From the NCBI RefSeq assembly GCF_007752135.1, contig NZ_CP036298.1, forward strand, positions 5,516,859-5,580,858: a stretch of DNA of 64,000 nucleotides, given 5' to 3'. This document shows positions 37,972 through 48,559 of this stretch, in pieces; positions within the stretch are counted from its first letter, which is position 1, and each line of letters begins with the position of its first letter. The DNA comes from Aureliella helgolandensis. GTDB taxonomy: Bacteria; Planctomycetota; Planctomycetia; Pirellulales; Pirellulaceae. The notes beneath the pieces were generated by a model that was not told the DNA's origin, did not search any database, and saw nothing but the letters and a program-made list of their open reading frames with translations. Made by a program: the position numbers and the translations under genes.

Positions 37972-38043
37972 TGGACTGGGAGGTGCTCGAACCCTCCTCT
38001 GCGGTTCTTCAGACCGCCGCTATACCGTCTCAGCTACCAGTCC
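37972..38043 (-). tRNA. tRNA-Phe (anticodon GAA); last unit of the array.
   Basis: Perfect acceptor GGACUGG/CCAGUCC, anticodon arm GCGGU-CUGAAGA-ACCGC, T-loop UUCGAGC. Confidence 0.5.
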
Positions 38044-38440
38044 ATCTGCTTGTTACGTTGGAAATAGGCACGAAAAAACCCGGTGTTGCTCAAGGCGACA
38101 CCGGGTTAACCAACGTTGTCCGAAGACTTCAATCGGCCGAGTGTCACCTACGTTTAGGTTGCCCTAAATCAAAATTGCACGTGGACATATTCGCGTTTTG
38201 CAACACGATGCCTCTCCTGCAATTTTGATAACGTTCGGTACTCAGCCGTATTGAAGTCATTTGTCCAGTTCCGATACTTGATTTAGTTTTAGATTCCATC
38301 GCACGCTTCATTCCCGCGTGCTCACAGATATAGACGCTAAGCTGGTGCATTGGTTCGCAATAAAGTTCGCTTTTACGAAAATTGAGACACCACAATAGAC
38401 CGCTCTATTCCATTGAACGCACAAAAAACAGGAAAGTACC

Positions 38441-40154
38441 TCCCCGTAACGAACCCTCTTCATAACCATTCTCTGTTTCGGAAATGACGCAAACACAATG
38501 AGCACAAGGGGTTAGCGATTCCGAGTCCCGTTCGATCCCCTGGAGCGGACGCAACCGTTTACTGAAAACCGAACACAGAAGTGGGGGGTAGAGAAGTTCT
38601 CACAATGGAGCTTGAGCATGGGCTGACGGCGTCTCTGTCGGACGATGGAGCAGGCTAGTGACGGGCAGCCTACTCACGGAGTGCATGCTGACACCAGCCC
38701 CGCTCGAACGAACTGCTTCTGCTTGGCGCCAACGATGTTGACGATTCTCACGTCCGTCACAGCACTACTCTGGCGCCACCCTCGTCGCCCCGTTGCAGTC
38801 GCATTGCGAACTCCAATGGCCCACGTATGCTCTTCGGCTTAGCGGGGTACAAAAACCTCGCCACTTCGATTATTCCAAGATTTGCAAGGGACCAGCAGAC
38901 CAAGATGGCAGCCATCATTCATCCGCTTCTCGCACTCCTGGCCTCCCTCTCTCGACAGGAACTTGCTCGACAAGTTACCTATCTTAAAACTGAAAACCGA
39001 ATCCTGAGAAGTAAATTACCTCACAGGATTAGCCTCAGCAATCAGGAGCGTCGTACATTGGTCAAACACGGAAGGCAGTTAGGCGCTCGGATTAAGGAGT
39101 TGATCTCAATCGTCAGCTATTCCTCGTTTCGTCGATGGGTCCGTGAGCTGGAAGATGCTCCAAGTAAGCGGCCAGCGAGGAAAGACGGCAAGTGCGGACG
39201 CCCTCGTGTGGAGGAAAGTCTTAGTGATGCGATTCTTCGAGTTCGGAAGGAGACAGGCTGGGGTACACGAAGATTGTCCAGGCGATGCGGAGACTTGGGC
39301 ATAATGTCTCTCGACAGACTGTCAAGAATGTGATTGTCCAAGCAGGCCTAGGGCCGCAACCCCATGATTATCCCGATACTTGGACTGACTTTCTAAAACG
39401 ACACGCCGCCACGCTGTGGCAATGCGACTTTGCCTGCAAGAAGAAATGGACAGTGAAGGGACTTGTGGACGTCTACTTCCTCGTATTTATTCATATAGGA
39501 ACACGCCGCGTTTGGATTTCTCCTTGCACCGAGCATCCCACGGGCGAATGGAGTGCGCAGCAGGCGCGCAACTTCCTGATGCACATCCAGGACGAAGACC
39601 TTCCATGCACCCACCTGTGCCGTGACAACGACACGAAATACGTAACGGCCTTTGATTCAGTGTTTGAAGCAACCGGCTGCAAAGTCAAACGAACGACTCC
39701 CATGTCCCCCAACCTTCAGGCCCACGTCGAACGTGTAATTCAAACCATCAAGCATGAAGTGCTAAACGCCTTTTGTATTGTGAGCGACAGTCATTTGAAC
39801 CATCTGCTTCGTGTAACTCAAGATTGGTACAACTTCCGACGTGGTCACAGTGCGCGCGATCACTTGCCACCCATCCGCGACAGCGACACACCAGCGACCA
39901 TCGACTTGACGAAGCACAAGCTCATTTGTGTCGAGGAGCTCGGCGGGCATCTGAAATCCTATCGCACTGCTGCGTAGCGGAGGAAGGTGCAGCCCACACT
40001 GCTTTGTTCTATTGGATGTGAGCGAGACAGTGCTCAAGCAAAATTCTGAGCTTCTCCCTGGCTGCTCATAGCACCGCGGTCCGATACCACCAACTCTCGT
40101 CCAAGTGCAAAAATTGACGCTTGAGGCCTGTGGTGAGATTCGTGTACCGCGCGG
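38441..40154 (+). mobile_element. IS481-family insertion sequence, copy A. The transposase is frameshifted.
   Basis: About 97% identical to 44470-46188. The transposase reading frame (38905-39977) is split into ORFs 38827-39333 and 39285-39977 by loss of one G in the run GGCTGGGG(G)TACACG near 39262. Confidence 0.7.
38905..39977 (+). pseudogene. IS481-family DDE transposase (HTH plus rve integrase core), inactivated by a -1 frameshift.
   Basis: See copy B (44940-46013) for the intact 357-aa protein. Here two overlapping ORFs encode the N- and C-terminal halves. Confidence 0.7.
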
Positions 40155-40367
40155 TGATGCTCATTTTCGCGTTTCAATTGAGTGCATTCACGAAGGCGTA
40201 ACGACTAAGTTCACCGGGCACGCGGCCCAATGCGAGAAAACGTTGAACAACAAACAAGCGTAAACGAAGGTGAAGACGTTGAAAAGCCGAAAGACGAGCG
40301 TGCTCCGGTGCCACGCCTTGTTATCCGACAATTTCGATTTAGTTTGGCGCTACGCCATCATCGAAAA

Positions 40368-40832
40368 TTATTCGGGGCGGATCCTGATCAAACCAACAGT
40401 TGCTGCGCGATCATCCGTTGCCAACGAATCAATCAACGAGGAACCAACCCAAGAATTTAGGTTTTCTACGCTTTCGGCGCATTTAAGTCTTGCGACATGA
40501 ACGTCAACACTTGGATCAGTGTTGATCCAAAAGCTGATGCAGCCCAAGTCTGGATGCGATTCAACCGACACGGCACGATTATTGCCAATTAATGTTCGAT
40601 AGAATTTCGAAAGCTCGGATTCCCACCTACGGAAGGTTGGGAAAGCGAGCGTTGAAGCAAAGACAATCGCATTTGTCGCTTCGGCCCATTCATATTCCAG
40701 CGGCCTAACATCAAACGCATCTTGCGGCAAGTATTTCTTGATCTCGCTTGTCGCAGCGTATTTCATGGGTCTAGTCGGATAACGCCATTTGGTACAGTGT
40801 TTCGGTTGGCGAACAAGACTGACAGTATACAC
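40368..40832 (-). CDS. Hypothetical protein (duplicated at 60887-61435).
   Basis: Part of segmental duplication R2. Confidence 0.35.
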   Translation of the reverse strand: MYTVSLVRQPKHCTKWRYPTRPMKYAATSEIKKYLPQDAFDVRPLEYEWAEATNAIVFASTLAFPTFRRWESELSKFYRTLIGNNRAVSVESHPDLGCISFWINTDPSVDVHVARLKCAESVENLNSWVGSSLIDSLATDDRAATVGLIRIRPE

Positions 40833-41284
40833 AGTATGATGACACCAAGCGGGCCAAGCAACAGTCCAATCGTGTACGACACACTAAGTGCCGTGAAAAT
40901 ACGACGTCGCTTGTGTTTTATGGATCTACCGGACTTGTAGCCCAGCGCCACGTTCGCGCCTGCAAATATGACTGCGATTGCAACGAATACCGGACCCGTT
41001 GAGAGCCAGTTCGGCACGGCAAGCGATCCAGCGATGAGCGTGCAGACGGTGATAAGCGTCCATCGACGCATTTGGTCAAGGCTGGACGCCCAAACGACGC
41101 CAGCGAGAAAGCACGGAAGTGCAAAGGCTATCGCCAGAATGTTTGAGAAGATGTCCGCCGGTGTTGCAAGCATGGCGCCAAGTATTGCGGTAGGCAACCA
41201 GACCCAAATGTAAAGCAATCGATTCGTTTGGGTCGGCGATTTAGTGGCGTATTCATTGCGTGGCGGTGCGTACGGGTTCGTCAA
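40763..41284 (-). CDS. Hypothetical polytopic membrane protein (duplicated at 61381-61887).
   Basis: Five hydrophobic helices; part of duplication R2. Confidence 0.35.
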   Translation of the reverse strand: MTNPYAPPRNEYATKSPTQTNRLLYIWVWLPTAILGAMLATPADIFSNILAIAFALPCFLAGVVWASSLDQMRRWTLITVCTLIAGSLAVPNWLSTGPVFVAIAVIFAGANVALGYKSGRSIKHKRRRIFTALSVSYTIGLLLGPLGVIILCILSVLFANRNTVPNGVIRLDP

Positions 41285-41399
41285 TCGATTACGGTCTCTT
41301 CAGTCGGGTAACGGCGGCCATAACCCAGTCGCCGAAGTTGATTTTGATGTAACTAAACACAAGACCGGCGACTTGGGGTGAGTAGAGCGAGCTCTCTCT

Positions 41400-42100
41400 T
41401 TCAAGTTTAACATAAAGCTTGGACTTGATCGATTGAGCGTCGCCCCCTCCCAGAACCGGACGTGCGCCGTTAACGCATCCGGCTCCCCACGTTGGCCTTC
41501 CCGAAACGACAAGACGTTTCGATCTGCTATAAGGAATCAGTTGCATTGCTATCTGGCTCTGTGTCCAGACAATGCTGACGCCTTATCGCCGCCATCCGCT
41601 TGGCCGCCTTCCCTCCACCAGAGTTACCCGGCTTCAACGGTACTATGCAGCCTTCCGACTTCCTTTGCTCGTTTCCAAGCCTCTCCTTTTCAGATTGGTG
41701 ATGAATACTTGAACGAGCACAACTGCACGTGCAAGAAGCAAAGGATCTCACTGGTTGCCTTGAAAACATAATGTGTAACGCGACTGGGCCTTCGACCCCG
41801 GGTCTCTGAATATCGCTTGCCAAAACGCGATAGTCAGTATTGCCTTCCAGTATGAACAAACCTTGGGCAGGAGCCAACAGTCACCAAATTTCGGAGCTCA
41901 ATCTCGTTCAGGGCGGGACGGCCAGTCCCTACCTTTCATCCTCGCTAACTTTCTTGACTACACATCAACCGACGACTTCGGCACAGTGTCTTATACCTCG
42001 GTGCAAGCCTAGATACTGAGCCTGTGGCTAACAGCTGCTCAGTCGGGAGTTACACTCGCTAGTCATTCAAACATCTCCAGTTCGATTCGTTCATGCGATG
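41400..42100 (-). mobile_element. Degenerate, ORF-less group II intron derivative with internal deletion: retains the 5' domain I end, the RT N-terminal stub, and domains V/VI.
   Basis: Domain V GAGCCGGATGCGTTAACGGCGCACGTCCGGTTCT (41450-41490, minus strand). The 5' region is about 80% identical to the 5' region of the intact intron at 57580-57822. ORF 41527-41877 matches only the first roughly 110 aa of the RT. Confidence 0.55.
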
Positions 42101-42108
42101 GTTCGCTG

Positions 42109-42789
42109 TCATGTATCGCCAGCTGAGACGGGAGATTCTGGTTGCTGTATAGGCACCCACAGTACAAGCGAACTCAAGTATGGGAACGTATACGGAAGCA
42201 ATTCGATCATGAACGGCAGGCGATGACTATGGGCATCTTCCAACCGGATATCAAGCAGCTCATGCGCTTCACAATAGCGGGCAACAAGCTTCATGTAGCG
42301 ACGCAGTAGCAGAACCGACGGAAAGGCGTTTTTGAATTGGCACCACTCAAGCAGATCACGGTCCCGTTTGGAACTGTTACAGGATTTGCATGCCCAGACG
42401 AGATTGTCGGAGTAGTCCTCACCGCCCTTTATCCTCGGAATCAAATGATCGATGCTTAAAGAGGTTGTTGCTCCACAATAACAGCACGCTTGGGGGTAGT
42501 TGAGCTTGACTTTTTCATCGTCATAAAGCGTGCGCATCTGCATCGTGCTTGAGGTGAGCCCCTTGAAGAGCTTCGCGCGGATCATGTGATGCGTACGCGC
42601 ATATTTGATTGCACCTGCGTCGAGCGCAGCATGTGCACGAGCGAGGTTTGCATACGCCCACGCGATGTGTTGCCTTACGGTGTCGATCACTGGTGTTGGC
42701 ATAAGAAGTACGGTTCGGCTGATAGCGAACGAATAAGGTAAACGCGTCGAGGGGCTTGAGTTGGAAGTGCAAAGTGAATGACGTACCAC
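42109..42789 (-). CDS. HNH endonuclease-domain protein.
   Basis: CCYCGATTSLSIDHLIPRIKGGEDYSDNLVWACKSCNSSKRD HNH motif. Confidence 0.7.
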   Translation of the reverse strand: MVRHSLCTSNSSPSTRLPYSFAISRTVLLMPTPVIDTVRQHIAWAYANLARAHAALDAGAIKYARTHHMIRAKLFKGLTSSTMQMRTLYDDEKVKLNYPQACCYCGATTSLSIDHLIPRIKGGEDYSDNLVWACKSCNSSKRDRDLLEWCQFKNAFPSVLLLRRYMKLVARYCEAHELLDIRLEDAHSHRLPFMIELLPYTFPYLSSLVLWVPIQQPESPVSAGDT

Positions 42790-42837
42790 GACTGCGATTC
42801 ACCGCCATGGTTCGTCAGAATTTCGTCGTACTGGGGA

Positions 42838-43383
42838 TTACATGGAATTGTACGACAGGTACATCACACCAGATTTGAAATATACTCGAAGCTGTTTTCC
42901 ATTGTCAGCCATACTAGTTTCGAACGCCGCTATTGGTGAGTCAAAGCCCATAGCTTCTTCATCGTGCGTTAGCAGGTCACTTGATCCGGGGGTTAATCCC
43001 CAAGGATGGGTCGTTGCCCACGCATTGAATTGCGGTAGTGTCATTCGATAGGTTGCATAGAGTCGTGCAAAATCTGGAGAGTAGGTTACGCATCCACTAC
43101 GTGGGACAAATCGATTCTGCGCCTGGTGCCAAGCGGCGAAAACTCGGTGATGGAATGCGCCATTGAGCAATATCCCTGCAAATGGAGCGATAAAGAAAGC
43201 AACCAAGCATACGTTTCCCCAAGTCAGTTTTAGACGCTGCCTGAGTACTCCGAGAAGAACTAAAGTTGTGATCACCGGCGCCGCAAGGAGCACAAGAAAG
43301 GTCTTGAAGTAGATGTCACCTAAGTTCATGGGGTTCTTCGACGAACGACCGCAATAACCGAGTCGCGGGAGTTGATTGTCCAT
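42838..43383 (-). CDS. Hypothetical membrane protein.
   Basis: Three TM helices; no motif. Confidence 0.35.
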   Translation of the reverse strand: MDNQLPRLGYCGRSSKNPMNLGDIYFKTFLVLLAAPVITTLVLLGVLRQRLKLTWGNVCLVAFFIAPFAGILLNGAFHHRVFAAWHQAQNRFVPRSGCVTYSPDFARLYATYRMTLPQFNAWATTHPWGLTPGSSDLLTHDEEAMGFDSPIAAFETSMADNGKQLRVYFKSGVMYLSYNSM

Positions 43384-43458
43384 TGCGAAATCGCCCGGCT
43401 CCGCGACTTCGGTTGATCGCTTGGTTCGTCCGTTGCCTTTCTGGCAATCCGCTATGCA

Positions 43459-44470
43459 TTAATGTTTGACTGACAGCATGTCGGGCTCATATGTCGTTTC
43501 CGGACCAAGTTGAATGTTGACGTCGTTGTCGACAAACTTCGGCTTGAACCTACCCAAATACCAGAATCGCATTCCATCAGGATCTGGCTTGTAAAGCTTG
43601 ATCCAGTCGGTACCCGCAGGGAATTCGAGCGTGAAGGAACCAGCGTCGGAAGTGGTGGTTTTGGGCGAATTGCCATCGTTAGCCGATACGATGATTCCTG
43701 ATGCGTCTTTGCCTCTAGATAGTGTTACGCGACCGTTAAGCACTTGCGTGCCGTTCTGTTGCGTATCCCCACTTCCATTTTCGATGGCAGTTATTGGAAG
43801 CACGAAATCGTCGATCGATTTTTCGATAAACAGCTTAATTGACTTCTCCGTCCACAATAGCGTATCAATCTTGCCAGCATCCAAATCGAATCGATTAGAC
43901 GCAATTCGTATTTCATAGACCTCAGGCGGGAGGCCTTCGATACGAAAGGAGCCATCGCTTGAAACTGGCACTCTAATCAGATCCCAAGCAGGGGCCCGCC
44001 CGAGAGAAAGGACTAAATCCCCAAGCGACTGTTGATCGCTCGTCTCCAGTCGGCCGCTAAGCGAAACCGGGGCAACTGTGGTCAAGTCGCCGATGTGCAG
44101 TGTCCTGCCATTCGGCGGCGTAACGAACTTTTGAGTCATGATAATTTCATCGGAGTCTGATCGGTCCCCTTCGCCAACAACGGTATAGACGCAGTACTCT
44201 TGTTCTGCAAATAGATTTTTGAATTCGAATCTTCCTTCAGTGTCGGCAGTCATTGGTACTGCTGTCCGAAAAAGCTTTTCGCCTTTGTAAGAATGGTCAG
44301 TCTGCGCCACGAAGACGGTCATTCCCTGAACGGCCTGACCGTTGCTTGTGACGCGCCCGGTAATGTGAGCGCCTTCCAAAAGTTCGAAAGATTTTCGATC
44401 CGAGTCGGAATTGAGGTCGATGAATCTCCTGCTCGACAATCCCTCCGCTGATATCTCTACATCGACGCCA
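43459..44470 (-). pseudogene. 3' fragment of a paralogue of the secreted protein gene 62028-63629, truncated by the IS481-like insertion at 44470.
   Basis: About 99% identical to 62028-63040. Upstream of 44470 the sequence switches to the IS left end; the annotated N-terminus MLIVFASFPKQRMVMKRVRYGEV is read from IS sequence. Confidence 0.6.
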
Positions 44471-46188
44471 AACACCTCCCCGTAACGAACCCTCTTCATA
44501 ACCATTCTCTGTTTCGGAAATGACGCAAACACAATGAGCACAAGGGGTTAGCGATTCCGAGTCCCGTTCGGTCCCCCAGAGCGGACGCTACCGTTTACTG
44601 AAAACCGGACACAGAAGTGGGGGTTTGAGAAGTTCTCACTTTGACGCTCGAGCATCGGATGACGGCGTCTCTGTCGGACGGTGGAGCAGGCTAATGACGG
44701 GCTGCCTACTCACTGAGGAATGCTGACACCAGTCCCGCTCGAACGAACTGCTTCTGCTTGGCGCCAACGATGTTGACGATTCTCACGTCCGTCACAGCAC
44801 TACTCTGGCGCCACCCTCGTCGCCCCGTTGCAGTCGCATTGCGAACTCCAATGGCCCACGTATGCTCTTCGGCTTAGCGGGGTACAAAAACCTCGCCACT
44901 TCGATTATTCCAAGATTTGCAAGGGACTAGCTGACCAAGATGGCAGCCATCATTCATCCGCTTCTCGCACTCCTGGCCTCCCTCTCTCGACAGGAACTTG
45001 CTCGACAAGTTACCTATCTTAAAACTGAAAACCGAATCCTGAGAAGTAAATTACCTCACAGGATTAGCCTCAGCAATCAGGAGCGTCGTACATTGGTCAA
45101 ACACGGAAGGCAGTTAGGCGCTCGGATTAAGGAGTTGATCTCAATCGTCAGCTATTCCTCGTTTCGTCGATGGGTCCGTGAGCTGGAAGATGCTCCAAGT
45201 AAGCGGCCAGCGAGGAAAGACGGCAAGGGCGGACGCCCTCGTGTGGAGGAAAGTCTTAGTGATGCGATTCTTCGAGTTCGGAAGGAGACAGGCTGGGGGT
45301 ACACGAAGATTGTCCAGGCGATGCGGAGACTTGGGCATAATGTCTCTCGACAGACTGTCAAGAATGTGATTGTCCAAGCAGGCCTAGGGCCGCAACCCCA
45401 TGATTATCCCGATACTTGGACTGACTTTCTAAAACGACACGCCGCCACGCTGTGGCAATGCGACTTTGCCTGCAAGAAGAAATGGACAGTGAAGGGACTT
45501 GTGGACGTCTACTTCCTCGTATTTATTCATATAGGAACACGCCGCGTTTGGATTTCTCCTTGCACCGAGCATCCCACGGGCGAATGGAGTGCGCAGCAGG
45601 CGCGCAACTTCCTGATGCACATCCAGGACGAAGACGTCCCATGCACCCACCTGTGCCGTGACAACGACACGAAATACGTAACGGCCTTTGATTCAGTGTT
45701 TGAAGCAACCGGCTGCAAAGTCAAACGAACGACTCCCATGTCCCCCAACCTTCAGGCCCACGTCGAACGTGTAATTCAAACCATCAAGCATGAAGTGCTA
45801 AACGCCTTTTGTATTGTGAGCGACAGTCATTTGAACCATCTGCTTCGTGTAACTCAAGATTGGTACAACTTCCGACGTGGTCACAGTGCGCGCGATCATT
45901 TGCCACCTATCCGCGACAGCGACACACCAGCGACCATCGACTTGACGAAGCACAAGCTCATTTGTGTCGAGGAGCTCGGCGGGCATCTGAAGTCTTATCG
46001 CTCTGCTGCGTAGCGGAGGAAGGTGCAGCCCACACTGCTTTGTTCTATTGGATGCGAGCGAGACAGCGCTCAAGCAAAACTCTGAGCTTCTCCCTGGCTG
46101 CTCAAAGCACCGCAGTCCGATACCACCAACTCTCGTCCAAGTGCAACAATTGCCGACTGAGCCATGTGGTCAGATTCGTGTACCGCGC
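44470..46188 (+). mobile_element. IS481-family insertion sequence, copy B (intact transposase).
   Basis: Same 1.7-kb unit as 38441-40154; imperfect terminal repeats CCCCGTAACGAACCCTC / GTGAGATTCGTGTACCG. Confidence 0.7.
44940..46013 (+). CDS. IS481-family DDE transposase (N-terminal HTH, rve integrase catalytic core).
   Basis: 357 aa single ORF. rve-core features (CDFACKKKW...DVYFLVFIHIGTRRVW...LCRDNDTKY...ERVIQTIKHE). Confidence 0.8.
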   Translation: MAAIIHPLLALLASLSRQELARQVTYLKTENRILRSKLPHRISLSNQERRTLVKHGRQLGARIKELISIVSYSSFRRWVRELEDAPSKRPARKDGKGGRPRVEESLSDAILRVRKETGWGYTKIVQAMRRLGHNVSRQTVKNVIVQAGLGPQPHDYPDTWTDFLKRHAATLWQCDFACKKKWTVKGLVDVYFLVFIHIGTRRVWISPCTEHPTGEWSAQQARNFLMHIQDEDVPCTHLCRDNDTKYVTAFDSVFEATGCKVKRTTPMSPNLQAHVERVIQTIKHEVLNAFCIVSDSHLNHLLRVTQDWYNFRRGHSARDHLPPIRDSDTPATIDLTKHKLICVEELGGHLKSYRSAA

Positions 46189-46407
46189 GCAGGCGACTGT
46201 AGCCGGTGCAGAGCCATCGCAATGCAAAGCACCGCACCAGCAATAGGCGAGAAGTAGCTCGCGTGAGATACGCAGAAGAAGTCTGCTTAGAGTTACGAGA
46301 AAATTGAAAGTGAAGCGGTTTAGTTCAACGAATAGGATCACCTCGTTCCGGCGATCGATGAATTAGTACAGCGGACTGGCCACCGGAACTGTGGTGCATA
46401 CGCGTTG

Positions 46408-46956
46408 TTATCCGTCAGTCCCCGCCATTAGGAACCGGAGTGCTGGTTTCGCCAAGCGGCTGTCAGGATACAGCTCTAGGCACTGCTGGTAGAGTTGGAT
46501 GGCCCGTTCTCGGTCTCCGGCCAAAGCCATGTTTGTAGCCATGTTTGCCAGCATAATCTCACGCCAGTCCATTCCGGAGTAGTCCAGCATGCTGATTGCT
46601 CGGTACCGATCCGCCCACCGGCGATCGGAAAAATACTGGTAACCAGCTTCAAACATTGCAGCTGCCTCGCGGTATCGCTCTTCCGCCATGAGCCTCAGTC
46701 CTGCCTTCTGGAAGGACTTCGCTCGTCGCTGCAAAAGCACCTTCAGGACGAAGTACATCATGGTCGCGGCAACCAGTCCGGGAAGACCGGCGAAATACGC
46801 ACCGGCTCCCTGCAGCGAAAATAAAACTGCCAGAACGCTACAGAGACGCCACCAAGACGAAGTCCGAGCTACAAGCGGTTTCGTCAATGAATAGTCACTT
46901 TCGTTTTGAGACGGACAACGATCCGCGTCACCGGGGCCCGTGTGTTGAGTATCCAT
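46408..46956 (-). CDS. Membrane-anchored TPR-like repeat protein (identical paralogue at 57837-58418).
   Basis: Two TM helices then TPR-like helices (EERYREAAAMFEAGYQYF...AIQLYQQCLELYPD). Confidence 0.45.
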   Translation of the reverse strand: MDTQHTGPGDADRCPSQNESDYSLTKPLVARTSSWWRLCSVLAVLFSLQGAGAYFAGLPGLVAATMMYFVLKVLLQRRAKSFQKAGLRLMAEERYREAAAMFEAGYQYFSDRRWADRYRAISMLDYSGMDWREIMLANMATNMALAGDRERAIQLYQQCLELYPDSRLAKPALRFLMAGTDG

Positions 46957-47010
46957 TCGTAAAACCGAACCAACGGGCCTCCGCGTGCACGCGACGGTTA
47001 GACCAATCGG

Positions 47011-47439
47011 TTAGGGGAGAGTATCGGCATCGGATTCCATGATCCTTGGCCGGAATACAATCGCTAAATCATCACCCATTTTTTGAACACAACGCATTCC
47101 CGGCCTAAGGAGAAATTGGCGTTGTTCTGAATAGGATTCCGTTACGAGGCTGCCAAAAGACTGCTTTGTGGATTCGTATTCGAGAGATATCTGAATAGTA
47201 TCGTCTAGTTGCGTAGTAGCCGTGATTGATAAGGACTGTCCGTCATTGAGTTCAATATTCCTTAGAAATCCGGAAACGAATTCAATTTCACCAAGGATTT
47301 CGATTGGCATATCAGATGGAATTGACGAGAAATCTTGGCGAATTGTCGCCTCCTCCGCGCTCATCTTCGAACATCCGGAAATCAATAGCGGCGCGAAGAT
47401 GAGAAATTGGCCAAAGATGAGGAGTCGTGTGGTTTGCAT
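47011..47439 (-). CDS. Putative lipoprotein.
   Basis: Signal peptide plus lipobox-like LISGCS. Confidence 0.4.
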   Translation of the reverse strand: MQTTRLLIFGQFLIFAPLLISGCSKMSAEEATIRQDFSSIPSDMPIEILGEIEFVSGFLRNIELNDGQSLSITATTQLDDTIQISLEYESTKQSFGSLVTESYSEQRQFLLRPGMRCVQKMGDDLAIVFRPRIMESDADTLP

Positions 47440-47604
47440 AGTTTTCAGGGTCTAACGGTGCAATTCACGGGGTGGCGGGAGTTGACGTTGTTTAATACAA
47501 CGCCGGCCACCGCCGCTCCCGTGCTATTCTCTGGTTCGCCTCGGCTCGTGGCCAGGTTTGAGGTGAGCAATGAATATTTGTGGAGGTCGCTCCATCTGGC
47601 GCTA

Positions 47605-48456
47605 TCACTTGTTCTGTAGTAAGGACTTCAAGATATCCGGGACGTTCAGTCGGTTATCGGCTGCGGCAATCCTGCCTTGCTCATCGACGATGAAAACAGT
47701 GGGAAGTGATCCAACGTGGTACGTTCGGAGGAGTTCAGGCCCCGCCCATAGGACGGTCATACCCGACCACTTCTTCTCCTTCGCGATTCGGATTGCGTCT
47801 TCTTTCTCTCCATCCACGCTGACGGCGAGCAGTTCAACTTTTCCCTCCCACTCAGGATGCTCTCCGATGATCGTTTGCAATTCGTCGAGAGTCGTGATGC
47901 AGGGCCCGCACCAGCTCGCCCAGAAGTCGATAACAAGGACCCGCCCCGCCAAGTCCACCAACTCTGATTCGCTTGCATCTGATAATCTTTGGAACCGGAA
48001 ATTTGGTGCGACTGAATCAGTGGGAAGCAGGCGACCATCGACGAACATGTCCAGTTCGCTAAAGGTGCCGCGTCTGAGGCTTACGACCCGAGCATTTTGC
48101 GCTGACTCTCCAGCCGAGATGATGGTCAGTCGGACCAGCGACCCTTCGGGACCTCGGATCAATCCGACAGCGGCTTTCATCTTCATTCCGGCCAATTCGA
48201 CTGGCTTCCCGTCTCCTTCGGCAACTGCCACGATGCGGTCGCTTGGCTTTAGCAACCCATTCCGATCCGCTGGGGTATCAGGCACGATCTTGAAGATGGT
48301 GAAAGTCTCGTCTTCGATCGCCAATGCTACGCCTATTCCAGCTTGCTTCGGGTTTTCCTCTGCCGAATCGGTCGAGTGTTCGTCAGCAACTCCGAGAGAT
48401 ACACAAAAAGCCATTGCCACGAATGTCGACGCTTGTACGGTATGAGATCTGGTCAT
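47605..48456 (-). CDS. Secreted PDZ-domain plus TlpA/ResA-like thiol-disulfide oxidoreductase.
   Basis: Signal peptide, PDZ-like segment, thioredoxin motif FWASWCGPC. Confidence 0.7.
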   Translation of the reverse strand: MTRSHTVQASTFVAMAFCVSLGVADEHSTDSAEENPKQAGIGVALAIEDETFTIFKIVPDTPADRNGLLKPSDRIVAVAEGDGKPVELAGMKMKAAVGLIRGPEGSLVRLTIISAGESAQNARVVSLRRGTFSELDMFVDGRLLPTDSVAPNFRFQRLSDASESELVDLAGRVLVIDFWASWCGPCITTLDELQTIIGEHPEWEGKVELLAVSVDGEKEDAIRIAKEKKWSGMTVLWAGPELLRTYHVGSLPTVFIVDEQGRIAAADNRLNVPDILKSLLQNK

Positions 48457-48559
48457 TGGATTGTGCTCTGATGAGTACCTAATTTGGCGAACGAATTGCG
48501 ATTACTAGGTTGCGGCAGTTGATTTACCATTTGAGAACGCGAGGCCGGCCACTCCGCGT

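Larger units (their letters stand above)
32996..38043 (-). other. Array of about 40 tRNA or tRNA-like units on the minus strand with 1-100 nt spacers. Clear members are listed individually.
   Basis: Recurrent reverse-complement T-arm motifs (GGAATCGAACC, GGGACTCGAACCC, GGAATTGAACC and similar) every 75-150 nt. 29 listed units have an acceptor-T-anticodon assignment, several with imperfect acceptor or D-arm pairing. Confidence 0.8.

Noticed and set aside
34137-38228. Dozens of 60-100 aa ORFs on both strands across 34-38 kb
   Set aside because: The region is densely packed with tRNA and tRNA-like structures; the ORFs are short, overlap tRNAs and have no start context.
39285-39977. Second IS481 transposase ORF of copy A called as a separate gene
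   Set aside because: Comparison with copy B shows a single-base deletion joins it to ORF 38827-39333; it is the C-terminal half of one frameshifted transposase gene.
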